From NCBI GenBank assembly GCA_004431415.1, contig QPMI01000085.1, forward strand, positions 62,001-126,000: DNA of 64,000 nt, written 5' to 3'. The notes beneath the pieces are model-generated. The model had not been told where the DNA came from and searched no databases. It saw only the letters and a list, made by a program, of their open reading frames with translations. Shown here piece by piece: positions 24,901-36,500 of this stretch (positions are counted from its first letter, which is position 1; each line of letters starts with the position of its first letter). The translations under genes and the position numbers were made by a program. The DNA comes from Cyanophora paradoxa CCMP329. Taxonomy: Eukaryota > Plantae > Glaucophyta.

Positions 24901-26357
24901 CCGCGGGCCCGTCCCCCGCCCCTCCAGCCCGGCGTCCCGTGCGGCGCGCCCGCTCCATCTCCCAGCCGGGCTCCCAGCGCGGCGCCCCGCCGGCGGCCGC
25001 GATGGCGCCGCTGCGGCGGGCGCGGCGGGCGCGGTCGACGCAGAGCTCGGAGAAGCTGGACGACGCGGCGGTGCACATGCAGGCGGCGTGGCGCGGCTTC
25101 GTCACCCGCCAGGCCCTCCTCGGGCGCGGCATCTCCGTCGTCACCCCCAACGAGGCCGTGCGCGCCCCCCGCCCCGCAGCGCGCCCCGCTCCCCGCCCGC
25201 GGGCGGCGCCGACGGGGCGGCAGCGGGCCAAGTGGAAGCTGCCGGCCTCGTGGAAGGCCGTGGAGCCGGCGCTCGCCGCCATCCGCATCCAGGCCGCCTG
25301 GCGCGGCTTCCTCTTCCGCCACCACAACGAGCCCGTCGCCGCACAGACCCTCGTGCGCCTCCCCCGCCCCGCCCCGCCCGCCCCGCCCGGCGGAGGCCGA
25401 CGGGCGGGGGCAGCTGGCGGTGGCGCGGGCGCGGCGGCTGCGGGAGCGGGCCGAGGAGCGGGCGCTGGAGGCGGTGCGGGCGGCGGAGGACGTCCAGCGC
25501 GCCTCCGACAACGCCAAGCTCCGCGCCGACTCCCCGCCGCCTCCCCGCGCGCCCGCCCCGCCCCGCCCTCTTCCGGCGGCGCCCGGCCGCCCTCGGCCGG
25601 CGTCGCGAAGCCGCCGTCGCGGGGCGCGGCGCGTCGCCTCTCTGTGGGCGGCTTCGAGGGCGAGGCCGTCATCCACGACGCCACGCCGGCCCCGCCCCGC
25701 CCCCGCCCCCGCGCCGGCGGAGGAGGAGACGAGCTTCGGGGGGCGTGGGCGGGGCGGCGCGGGCCGCGGGCGCGGACCGTGAGCGACCCGCGGCTGGGGC
25801 GCGTGCTCCTCTTCGAGGGGACGGCCCAGGCCCTCGTCCGCGGCGCCCTCCGCACCGCCATGCCCCAGCCGCCCGCCCCCGCCCCCGCCCGAGCCCGCTC
25901 GCCCTCCCCGAGGCGCCGGCCGAGAAGGGCGCCTCGGAGGCCGCCGCCGCGGAGCCGGCCAAGCCGGCGGCCGGCAGGAAGCGGGCGGGCATCAGCATGG
26001 CGCGGGCCCGCCCCGGGCGCGCCCCGTGGTTCTTTGCCTACGCTGCCTACATCCTCGCCTTCGCGTGCGCCCGCCCCGCCCCGCCCCGCCCGCACCGGGG
26101 CGCGATGCTGAGGGTGGGGCAGGGCGGCGCTGATCTTCGGGTACTGCGCGATCGTGTACGGCGTGAGCCTGCCGAAGGGCCCGACGAACGACGCGTGGCT
26201 CGAGTCGGCGGCGATCGCCTTCATCCAGGAGGCGCTGCTCATCGAGCCCGTCGTCTGCGCTCTGCTCGCCGCGTACGAGACGGCCATCATGCCGGCCGCC
26301 GTCCGCGTCTCCTCCCTCCTCACCGACCTCCGCCACTCCCTCGCCCTCGGCGACTGA
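3982..26357 (+). CDS. Giant multi-exon polycystin-1 (PKD1/REJ)-like membrane protein: signal peptide, degenerate GT4+GT2, Ig/cadherin-like repeats, FBA lectin domain, Cys-rich region, filamin repeats, REJ, GAIN/GPS, 5 TM, 3 IQ motifs
   Basis: The junctions checked splice in frame via short introns (e.g. 5861-5917, 13108-13162). Motifs: VNGAPTL, NQPPVA and VNDLP (cadherin-like); GGTDGENWVGNFGPRFT (FBA); HIVGSP, HIRASPY and ARDEFGN (filamin); LFIPARVL and LDPDD..FTWSC (REJ); CEFFNETSNTYRPEGV..CTC..THLTDFAVL (GPS); HIVLGIF..DAFTRPRRLTVLLC and WLESAAIAFIQEALLIEPV (PKD1 TM segments). Stop at 26357. Confidence 0.82.
21633..21701. repeat. (CCCCAC)n plus (CA)n microsatellite in an intron of the giant gene
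   Basis: caccccacccccacccccacccccacc followed by cacacacacacaca, after the donor at 21610. Confidence 0.75.
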
Positions 26358-27472
26358 GCCCCCCTCCCCTGTACATAGCCGCCGGGCCCCGCCCCGCCCC
26401 CCTCGCAGCTCCCGCCGGGGGCTATGCCCCGCCCTGAGCGAACCCGAGGGGGCTCTTCCTGCCTCAGCTTGATTTATTCCCTCGGCCCGGCGGCTTATAC
26501 TTTATTATACCAGATGTGCAGTGTTTTCTAATGTCTTGTTGGGCAAACGTCCCAATAACTGAATCAGTGTATCGCGATCGTCTCGTGATCATGATGTCGC
26601 ATGCGGATCCAACGATCATGATATACTGCGGTAGTGCCTAAGGGCCTGTCATGCCATCATGGCATGATCATGTTGTTGCTGCGCAACGGCGAGTCGCTGA
26701 GCGTCCTGGGGCCCCGGGGCCGGGCCCCGGCCCAGCGGGGGGCTCCAAGGTTCATGATCACTGATCATGAGTCACTGAGTCAAGTCTTGAAGGCTGAAAC
26801 TTTTGAAATCAAGGCTTACTAAGTTAAGCTCAGCCTGGCCATGGCAGCCGCGTGAGCGGCTTCAGGTTTCGCGAGTTAATGCCTTCAAGCCCCTGAGCTT
26901 CCGTGCCACGGTGGCCCATGCCAAAGTTCATGTCATGATGATCAACTCAGTGACTCAGTGACTGTAGCTAGTACTACTAGGCTACGGTACTCAGTGATCA
27001 TGACTAGCCTAGTAGGGGCCCCCGGGGGGCCCGGGGGGCTTCACCGCCGGGCCGTGGCACTGCCAGGCTGAGTCAAGGCCCTGAGGCTTCAAGCCTCAGG
27101 GCCTTAAGGCCGCCGGGCTTCGAATTCGGGCTTCATGATCATTAAATTCCGAAGTTCAAGGCTTACTAAAAAGTTATTATTAGTAGTGCCTTCATGATGA
27201 CTCATGATCAGTGAACCGCTGAGGAAGGCCCTGAGGCCCCGAGGGTAATTATAATTTAGAAAGCGTAAACTTAATCTTGAAAGTTCCGAAGTTCCGAAGT
27301 TCCGGAGTTCAAGCCTAGCTATATATACTATGATATGCAACTCATGATCACCGACTCACTACTTAAGCAGGTGTCATGGTCAGGTGGGGTGGGGCAGTCT
27401 TCTAGGGCTTGCAACCGGCAGCGCGGCGAGCGGCCTTGGGGCAGGGCAGGCTGGCAGGGCGGGGCGCGGGGA

Positions 27473-28961
27473 TCACCACGGGATCTGCTTGCGGTCGCTC
27501 CAGAAGCCGCCGGAGGAGGCGACCTCGAGGGCGACGTAGAGGGGCGTCTCGGCGCCCTCCTCCGGCGAGAGCGGCGCCCGCGGGCCCGCCATGTCCGTCC
27601 GCACCCACCCCTGGCCCCCGCGTCACCCACACCGCCCCTCGCGCCCCGTCCCCAGCAGCTGGCAGCGGCCGGCGGGCGCACCGGGTGCTGCGCCCCCGTG
27701 TCAGCTGCGCGGGGCGGGGGTGGGAGCGGCGGGCGGGACGGACGACGGCGTTGACTCGGACGCGGCGGGGTGCGAGGTCCCGCGCCAGGATTCGCGCCAG
27801 CGCCGACGCCCCGATCTTGCTCACCTGCGCCGCCCCTCCAGGCCGAGCCCCTCCCCGCCCCCCGGCATGGGCCGGCCACGGGGGTGCGCACGCCGTAGCT
27901 GCCGGGGAGTGATCATGAGGGGGGCAAGCGGGGCGCGGGGGGTGGGCGCGGGGCGGGCACGCGCACGTGGTGTTGGGCCAGCCCTGCTGCTGGTGCCGCC
28001 CCGCCGCGACGGCGTTGACGAAGTCGAGCATCAGCGCGCACCTGCCCCCCCGTCGCTGGCGCCGCCGCTGGGGGGTGGGCCCGGGGCGGGGGCGGGCGGA
28101 CAGGGCGTCGCGGGAGAGGTCGGGGGCCATGAACGCCTCCCGCAGGGGCCCCGAGAGCATCCCGACCGTCCCCGCCGTCGACGAGACGACCACCACGCTG
28201 CCGCCGTCCCGCACCAGCGGCACCAGCGCGTCGGTGGTGTTCAACGTCCCAAAGAAGTTGCAGTGGACCGTCGTCCGAGCGATGTGCTCGTTCACCTCGG
28301 GCCCCTTGAAGGCGATCTTCCAGGACGACCGGCCGCGAAGTTAGGTTCCTTTGGCCAGCAGGACCCGCGGCAGCAGCACTTACTGCGGCATTGCAGACCT
28401 GGCCCAGTGGCATGCGCGCATTGAGTAAGACAGTAAGGCGGACAGGATATCGAGCGCATGCGCACGAGGATGTCAATTCCACCCCACTGTTTCTTCAGAA
28501 ACGCGGCGAGCCTCTGGATGCTCGCCTGGTCCACAATATCCTGCGATACCAGCACGCATTTTACTATGCCGCCCACGCGCGAAGGGCACATGCGCACGGC
28601 CTGGTGGAAGACGACGTTCGAGAGCCCCTCTCTGCGGAGCTCAGCGACAGCTGCCTGGCCGCGCGTCTCGTCTCGTGCCTGCAGGCGCATACCAATAAGC
28701 TCGCTGCGCAGAGCGGCAGCGCCCACCGTGCCACGGTGGGCTTGCTGGCGCGCCGCGGACGCCGCCGCGGCCAGCCTGGTGCCGGAACGAGCGACGTCGC
28801 ACCGTGAGGACAACAGTGGCGCACTTCCTCGCCAGCCCGCGTACGATGGCGTAGCCGATGCCCTTGTTGCCGCCTACGGCGTACGGGGTCGTACGTATGC
28901 GCGTGCGCAGCACGGAGCGGCGAGGATACTCACCAGTTACGACGGCGACGCGCTGCGCCAT
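27473..28961 (-). CDS. Carbonyl reductase (CBR1-like) short-chain dehydrogenase/reductase
   Basis: MAQRVAVVTG|GNKGIGYAIVRGLA (TGxxxGIG), ARDETRGQAAVAEL, WGGIDIL|VCNA, NFFGTL, VVVSS, GWPNTT..Y..SK, TDMAGPRAPLSPEEGAETP..., ending KQIPW*. Confidence 0.93.
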
Positions 28962-29187
28962 CGGAATGACCGGTGAACCACCGATGTCCTCCGTACCCCT
29001 GCTGCACGGCATCAGCGCATTGTAGAGCAAACACGTGCAACGCGGCACTCTCGCTAAGCAGCCACAGCGCTCTAAACGTGCAACGCGGCATTGTAGCTAA
29101 TCAGCCAAAGCGATCTGAGGTTTGGCTCGATTGCCAAGGGCGTGCGGCGTACACAGCGGCACCGGTTTCAGCCCAGCTCCTATAGCT
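28962..29187. promoter_or_regulatory. Putative compact bidirectional promoter (SDR / Vta1) with a duplicated 15-mer
   Basis: 226 bp between divergent ATGs. ACGTGCAACGCGGCA occurs at 29033-29047 and 29076-29090. Confidence 0.45.
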
Positions 29188-30606
29188 ATGAACGACGTTC
29201 CGCCCGCCGCGGCTGCCGTCAAGCCCTACATGATGCGCGCCGCGGAGCTCGATGCGGCGGATCCGCTGGGTCCGCCCGCCCGCTCCCTGGCCATGGCCTC
29301 TGCGCGGCTGACGAAGAAACGCAGTCGCGTACTTCTGTAGGCTCTATTCTGTGCAACAGGCCATGGCGCTCCCCGCTTTCCAGGGGGACCAGGTCGTGAG
29401 AAAGTGGGTTCGTTGAGCCGCGCGCTGGGCGCCGCACTGCGGCATGGGCGCTGAGTGTACCGCCCGCTGCGCAGGTCGTCGCGCTTCTTGATCGGCTAGA
29501 GGCGAGCGGGCCTTGTGCCGCTATTGGCTTGCACTGAACCTTCGTGCGCAGAGAGACAAGCAGCAGCTGGATCCGACGAGAGTGGCACAGGGGCGAGAAC
29601 ACATGGAAGGCTTCGCGCTCCAGGTGTTCAAAGCGGCAGACGACGAGGATCGCTCGGGCGCTGCGACGCTTGCGACTGCGAGGTGCCGGAATCGTGTGTG
29701 ACCGTGGAGCTTTCCGGTGAGGGTGAAAAGCGGGGCGCAGGTCGTATTACGCAGCTTCGAACTTTTTCGAAGTCTGCTCGCAGTTCGGACCCGTTGACCC
29801 GCAGCTCGTCACTATGCAAAAGTACGCGAAATTCAAGTCGGTGGAGATCACGCGCGCCATCAAGGCAGGGCAGGTCCCCCGCGCCGGCCCCCCAGCTGGC
29901 GAGGACCTCCCCTCGCCGCCGGACGAGGCGCCCGCCCCGCCGCGGGAGCAACCGCCAGCCCCGCAGCTGCAGTCGCGCTCCTCATTCCGGGCCCCCGACA
30001 CGGCGAGCGGCCCGCCGCCCGCCGGGCCGGGCACGGGCGCTGCGATCTCGCCGGCTCCGTCGCGCGGGCCGCACGGCGACGCGCCGCCCTCGTACAGCTA
30101 CGGGCCAGCGCCGCCCTCCCAGCCTTGGGGCGCCTCGGGGCCTGCCCCGCCCTCGAGGTCCGCCGCCCCTCTCCCCGTCTCCCGCGCCCGACGCTCACCG
30201 GTTGCCGCAGGCTCGGGGCCCCTACCGCGGCGCCCTCGCCGGCGGCATCTGGGCACCTCAACTCGCAGTGCGTCCTCCGGAGGCAGACATCCGGCCGCAT
30301 TTCCTACATCGTTGCGTGCAGGTCGGCGTCGGGGCTAGCGGGGCCGGCGGGGCCCGCGGACGTGGCGCGCATGGCGGAGGCGCAGCGGTGCGCGCTGGGC
30401 CGGGGCCCTCGCCGCCTCACGCCTCTAACGCGCGGCTTGGGGTGGCAGCTACGCGAAGTACGCCGTCAGCGGTGCGTGCCGTGCCGGGGCTGACGCCGGC
30501 GCGGGCCTGACGTGCGGCTGGGGCGGCAGCTCTGCAGTTCAGCGACGCCCAGGAGGCTGTCAAAAATTTGCGCGCCGCTCTTAGCATCCTCACCGGCGAC
30601 CCCTGA
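29188..30606 (+). CDS. VTA1: Vta1/LIP5 ESCRT Vps4 regulator
   Basis: VKPYMMRAAELDAADPL|VAYFCRLY, EGFALQVFKAADDEDRSG and QKYAKFKSVEITRAIKAG (MIT region), then a Pro-rich linker and a C-terminal VSL domain AEAQRYAKYAVSALQFSDAQEAVKNL. Confidence 0.93.
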
Positions 30607-30812
30607 CCCGCCCCTGAGTCCGCAGCTAGTCTGCCCCCCCTCCCTCCCCGCTTTGTTATCATAGCTGTGCAGACGGTGAAGCTGTTGATGGCAGCAACGC
30701 GCACAAAATCGTGAACGTTTTGAGAGCAGGAGGATACGGAAAGAGCAGGAGGAAGGGGTTGAGGGCGCCCGGGGGACCGCGTGAGTTCGCCCGGCGGCGG
30801 CGACCGGCGAGC

Positions 30813-31250
30813 TTAGCCGATGAAGTTCACGACCTGCTGAGCGTTATTGCGAGCGCGATTCGGCGTACCGCGAGCGCCAACGCACCATGAGGTGCATGAT
30901 GATGTTGCAGATTAGCCAGTCCGCGTAGGCGCGCTCGGCACTGATGCCCTTGAAGTCAATTGAGTTGTCCTTGTTGACTTGCAACCGGAGGTTCACTGCA
31001 CGACGGAGGTGAGGCGCGCGCTGGCCGTCGATGGCAGGGTGTCGCGCGGCGGACCTGTCAGGACGAAGCTACCCACGCACGAAATGAAGCCCGAGAGGAA
31101 GGCGTTGAAAGGGAACGTTCCGACGATCATGCAATACAGGAACTGGGCCGCGCCGGTGAGCAGCTGGAACAGCAGGAAGCAATCGATGACTCGGAGGCGC
31201 ATCGGCGTCCTTGTCATGTACTCCTTCGTCGCCCGCGTGATGGCGTCCAT
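30813..31250 (-). CDS. DAD1: Oligosaccharyltransferase subunit DAD1/OST2
   Basis: [14 protein letters not shown]...[27 protein letters not shown]|VNLRLQVN...[20 protein letters not shown]|VVNFIG*. A further short 5' exon is possible. Confidence 0.96.
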
Positions 31251-31449
31251 GACTTCGTTGTTTCGAGGCCTTTGCTGTGTCCGACCGGGTGGGTACGTAA
31301 GCGGCCGTGAACTAGAGTACCCCAACCGCCCGCAACTCAGCGGCAACTGAGCTGCCGCTTGGTTGCGCTAGCGCGGTCAGAGGCTAGCGCTCGCAGCGCT
31401 GCGTGAAGGGTTTTTGGATCAAGCTGGTGAAGACCGCTCCTAACAGCTG

Positions 31450-32358
31450 ATGGAGCCGCACCGCTGCGTGACAGTCTTCGGATCGAGCTCGGCGCGTCCC
31501 GGCGAGCCGCTCTGGGATGTCGCGGAGGATCTCGGGAGACAGCTCGCTCTCGCCGGCTTCAAAGTAGTACGCGCGTCGCCTATAGGGAGTATGGCAGCGC
31601 GTCGCCTCTAGAGATTATAGCTAAATGCAGACTGCTCGCGTTCGCGTACGCATAATGCGCGCTGCGAAGATCAATGGAGGCTACACGGGGACGATGGAAG
31701 CCAGCTCGAAAGGAGCTCGGGAAGCAGGGGGCCGAGTTGAAGGAGTTGTGGTCTCATCCTTATTCCCGTCGCGGTCCCACGGCAACCATTATCTGACGGA
31801 TATTACGGATACCCCGTCATTGGTTGCCAGGCTGGACAAGCTGACCGGTGCCCGTAGCCCGACCGAAAATTAATGTTTCACGATCGATATCGATGCGCAC
31901 GGGCCCAGACCGCTCGGATGTCTTCGTCGTGCTGCCGGGGCAACTGGGAACGGCGGCGGAGCTCTTTCTCGCGTGCGACCTCCTAAGCCTAGCTGCTGAG
32001 CATTCTTGAACTCTACCTGCACCATGCATATGACCAGCCTTGCGCAGTTGGAATCTTGCGTGGTGAGTGCCGCTTGCGACAAACAGCGCGCGTCGCGCGC
32101 GTGTGGCCCGAGACCGCGCCCAGGCTGCTCCCGCTGGCGGCGACGCCCGAGGGGGCAACGTCGCCGGCGGCGGGTTGCCGAAGGCCGCTGGTGGTGTGCT
32201 TCAGGCAGCCGTGGCAAGGGGTGGTGGAGGCGCTGGGGCGGGCGCTGGAGCTGCGCGAGAGCGTCATGCGGCACGTCGTCTTCGTCGACGATGCTGCCGA
32301 GGCCCTCCAGCACTGTCTCCGCCACGGCCAGGGCCCCGCGCCGGGCTCCGCCCCCTAG
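31450..32358 (+). CDS. LOG/SLOG-family nucleotide phosphoribohydrolase (lysine-decarboxylase-like)
   Basis: VTVFGSS..PGEPLWDVAEDLGRQLALAGFKV|INGGYTGTMEASSKGAREAGG, ARLDKL, SDVFVVLPGQLGTAAELFLAW (PGxxGTxxE motif). Confidence 0.9.
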
Positions 32359-33226
32359 CCCCCCCGCCCTGGCGAGACCCCCGCACCCGCGAGCCAAGCG
32401 GAACCTGAACTTGGATCCCGTGCATCGGGTTCGGTCATCGCATGGACACAGGCCGCTGGGGCGCGGGGGGGCGGCGCTCGCGGGGTGCACCGGGGTCTAC
32501 GCCCTGCCACCCCTGGGCGCAGTAGAACGGGCCCTGACGCCATCTGATCGAGGGAGGTCAGACCCTCGCGCGTGGGGAGGGGCGCGCGCACTCGGGGCTC
32601 TTGAGGTGCGACCAGGGGAGGAGCGTCAGCGCTGCCGTCTTCATCCTCAGCCTTGCCGTCTGGCGGTGAGTCGACCGGCGAGAGACGCGCGAGGACGGCG
32701 GACCTGTCGAGACGGCTGCTGGGGTGTAAGCAAGCGCGAGGGAACGAGGGGCGTGCACGGTGCACACCTGTGCTTGTCAGAGTGCTTGACGAACTCGTTC
32801 AGCGATCGCTCCCTGCGCGCGTGGAGGAGCTCCCTGCCCAACCGCTGCCGGTCTCTGCGCATTCGTCAGCCCGCCGAAGCGCGACATACGGGCGTCGGCG
32901 GACATTTCGTAGAAGCCGGCCAGTGCCTCGTCTTCCTGGAGCGCCTCGGACTGCTTGCGCACGACTTTCTCCGACGTCTCGAAGAGCGGCCACTTGTCGT
33001 ACGCGTACTCGTCGCGCCGGAGCAGCCATCGTTCATCGCCGCCAGCGTCCCCATGCGCAGGGGTGGGTCTGCGATAGCTCTCCGGTGTCGCTACGCGAGC
33101 CCGACTGGAAGCTGCACGGCGCTGCTCTGGCTGCACACGCAGCTCGTGCTGCAACCTGGCCCAGTCTTGGTGGAACTGCTGATAGGGGGTGCCAGCTGAG
33201 CCCATCCGGCCTAAGATACGGCGCAT
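32355..33226 (-). CDS. Hypothetical protein, spliced
   Basis: The ORF 33226-32777 can be joined through short GT-AG introns to the frames RQRLGRELLHARRERSLNEFVKH and SRLDRSAVLARL. No recognisable domain. Confidence 0.45.
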
Positions 33227-33526
33227 GCAGCCGCAGGGCCGCGCGCGGATCTGGCTAAGTTGAGCGGCAGTCGGATCTGGCAGGCCGGCAGCGGTCGGCT
33301 ACAGTGCGCTACAGGCCAGTTGCGCGCTTAAAATCAATTGTAGCTTGCTATAGGCCCTGGCAGTGGGAATTCGAAGCCGGTTAACGATCTCCCAACACGG
33401 GTACAGCCATCAGTCGATTCCTGCTGACCTAGGCCTGCGCTGCGCGCGCGGCAGCTGCCCGTTGATTTAAACTACAGCACCCAGTAATCTAGATTGCATA
33501 GCGCGCCCGTAGTCGCTTCGCGTGCC

Positions 33527-36500
33527 ATGTTTGCCGCCGGCGGTTTCGCCGGAGCCCGGCCGGCGGCGTTGATCGCATCGATATCGCATGCGGATGGGAC
33601 AGCAAAGCTATGCCGGCGCATATCGCAAAACGTGAGCCGCCGGGGCACGAGCTCGAGCTTGCTGCCGTCTAACCCCGCGTACCACAGAACACGCCGCAGC
33701 GGCTGCACTCCTTCCGCGCGCGGCGACCACAAAGAACATTCGACGGGATGCGCTTTGAACCGATCTGCGCTCACGCCGAGGTTGGCCGGCCCGTCGCGTA
33801 TCTTGCCCAATCATGGCAAGCCGGTTGCTGCAGAGCGCAGCAGCGGCGGAGGCGGGGCGGGCGAGTGTCGCAGACGCGCGCAAGCGCCTGGTAGCGCTAG
33901 CGAAGGGGCGTGAGAGCGCCGGGGAGGCGATCGAGGTGTACGAGGAGCTGCGGCGGGCGGGGGCGGCGCTCGGCGAGCAGGAGTTCGGCTCGGCCGCGTG
34001 GGCGATGGCGCGCGCGGGCGACTACCAGCGCGCCCTGCAGGTGCGGGCCGGGCGGCCCTGCCGCAGCGCGCGCGGGGCGGGGACGGGGCGTGCAGGTGGT
34101 CCAGGAGGCGCGCGGGGCGGGGGCGGGGCGGGAGGCGACGGTGGCGGGGATGTGGGCGCTGGGGCGGGCCGGGGACGCGGACGGGGCGCTGGCGCTGCTG
34201 GACTCACTCGAGCGCCCCGACGCCCGCGCCTTCACGTCCGCGCCCCGCCCCCTCCGGCCCGCCCCGGCCCGGGCCGACGGCGCGCAGGACGGCGCTCAAC
34301 GCGTGCGCGGAGTGCGACCCCGACATGGGCCGCGCCGAGCGGATCATCGAGCGCATGCGCGCCGCCGCTGCCGCCGGGTGCGCGGTCCGGCTCGGGTGGG
34401 CGGGTCAGGGCGGGGCCGAGGGGGCGGGCGGTGCAGGGAGGCGGGGGCTGCCCCGACGACGGCGACGTACACGGCGCTGGCGCGGGGCTACGGGCGGCAC
34501 GGCGAGCTCGACGCCGTCCGCGCCCTCCTCGAGCGCTTCCGCCGCGACGCCCTGCCCCTCGACCTCGTGCGCCCCCGCCCCGCCCCCCCGCCCCGCCCCG
34601 CCCCGTGCGGCCCCCGAGCCTGCGCAGATCTTCTGCAACGCGCTCGTTGCGGCGATGTGCGAGGCCGGCGAGGCCCCCGCCGCCGAGGCCGTCCTCCAGA
34701 CCGCCCAGGCCGCCGGCCTCCAGGCGCGCCGTCCCCTCCCCCGGCCCCACCATCGCTGAGTCGCGGCAGGCGGACGCGGTGACTTACGGGACGCTGGCTC
34801 GGGGGTACGCGATGCTCGGCGACGAGGGCGCCCCCAGCCTCGCCTCCGCCCTCGCCCGCATGCGCGCCGCCGGCCTCCCGCCCACGCCCGTCCGCCCCGC
34901 CCCGCCCCGCCCCGCACCGCCCCGCCGGGGCCGGGGCCGTTGGAGAGCGCGCGTGCCCCGCGCAGGCGTTCTTCAACGGGATCATCGACGCGGCGGCGCG
35001 GACGGGGCGCGCGGCGCTCGGCCTGCAGGCCCTCGACTGGATGCGCGCCAAGGGCGTTGCCCCCGACGTCGTCACCTACAAGCGCGCCGCGCCGCCCCGC
35101 CGGCCCGCCGCCGCCCCGCCTGACGGGGGCGGCAGCACGCTGATGAAGCTGCACGGGCGGGCGCGGCAGCGCGAGGCGGCGCTGGCGGTGATGGACGAGC
35201 TGCTCGCGGGGCGCGCCGAGGGCGGCCTCGCCCCGACCGCGTCAGCTTCAACACCGCCCTCGACATCTGCGGCCGCGCCGGCGAGCCCGAGCGCGCCCTC
35301 GCCTACTGGGCCGCCATGCTCCGCGCAGGCGTCGCCCCGACGCGGTCTGCGGGCCCCCTCCGGGCTCGGGCGGGGGCGAGCGTGCGGCAGGTGACGGCGA
35401 CGGCGCTGGTGGAGGCGGTGGGGCGGGGCCGGCTGTGGCCGCGCGTGCTGGCGGCGCTGCGGGAGGCGGCGGGGGCCGGCGTCGTCGCCGACGAGGGCCT
35501 CGCCCGCGCCGCCATCATCGCCGCCTTCCGCTGCCGCGAGCGGTGCCCCGCCCGCCCCCGCCCCGCCCCGGGCCCCGCCCCCGACGGGCCGCCCTGCCGC
35601 AGCGAGGTTGCCATGCGCATCTTCCGCGACATGCGCGGCATCTCCTTCCGCCCCTTCCGCCCCTCCTCCCCAGCGCGCGGCAGCCCCACCCCGCCCCCGG
35701 CCTCGCCGGGGCCGGCGGGCTCGGGCCCGCTTCCCCTGCGCATCTCCCACCTGCGGCCCGGCGTCCGCACCTTCAACGCCGTCCTCCGGGTGCGCCTGGG
35801 CTGCGGCGGGGGTGGAGGGCGGGGGTGGAGCGGGGCGCAGGAGCTGGGGCGGCTCGGGGGCGCGGGGGCGCTGCAGGTGGCGCGGGCGGTGCTGGAGGAC
35901 ATGGCGCTGCGGGGCGTGGCCCCCGACGAGGGCACCGTCACCGCCCTCCTCGAGAGCGGCGACCGCGACCTCGTCGACGCCGCCACCGCCCGCATCCTCC
36001 CCGCCGTCCGCCGCCCCCGCCCCCGGCGCTCCGCTCCGCCCCCGAGCCACCGGCAGGTCGCCTCGCAGGGGGAAAGGGCGCGGGGCGGGGGGCGCCGGGC
36101 TGGGACGCCGCGCTGGAGTCGGCGGCGCAGCGGCGGGGCCCACGCTTCGCGAACACGGCCTGCGCCGCCCTCGACGCCCTCGCCGCCCACGACGTGCCCC
36201 GCCCGCACCCCCTCCCCTCTCGCCCCCTCACCCGACCGGCAGATCCCGCTGCGCGCGAGCACGTACAACGCGATCCTGCGGGCGTGCGGGCGGGACAGTG
36301 CACGACCCTTGCAGAGGTGCGCGCCCGCCCCCTCCGCGCTCCCCACGCGGCGGCGGGGCGAGCGGCGGCAGGGCGGACGCGGTGGTGGCGCGGATGCGGG
36401 GGGCGGGGGTGGCGCCCGACGTGGAGACGTACCGGGAGCTGGTGGCGATCAGCGCGCGGGCCGGGGACGCGCAGCGCGCCCTCGCCCTCGTCGAGGAGAT

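Noticed and set aside
23782-26437. Several 350-670 aa overlapping ORFs on both strands
   Set aside because: Stop-codon scarcity at very high GC. The real product is the spliced TM/IQ region of the giant gene.
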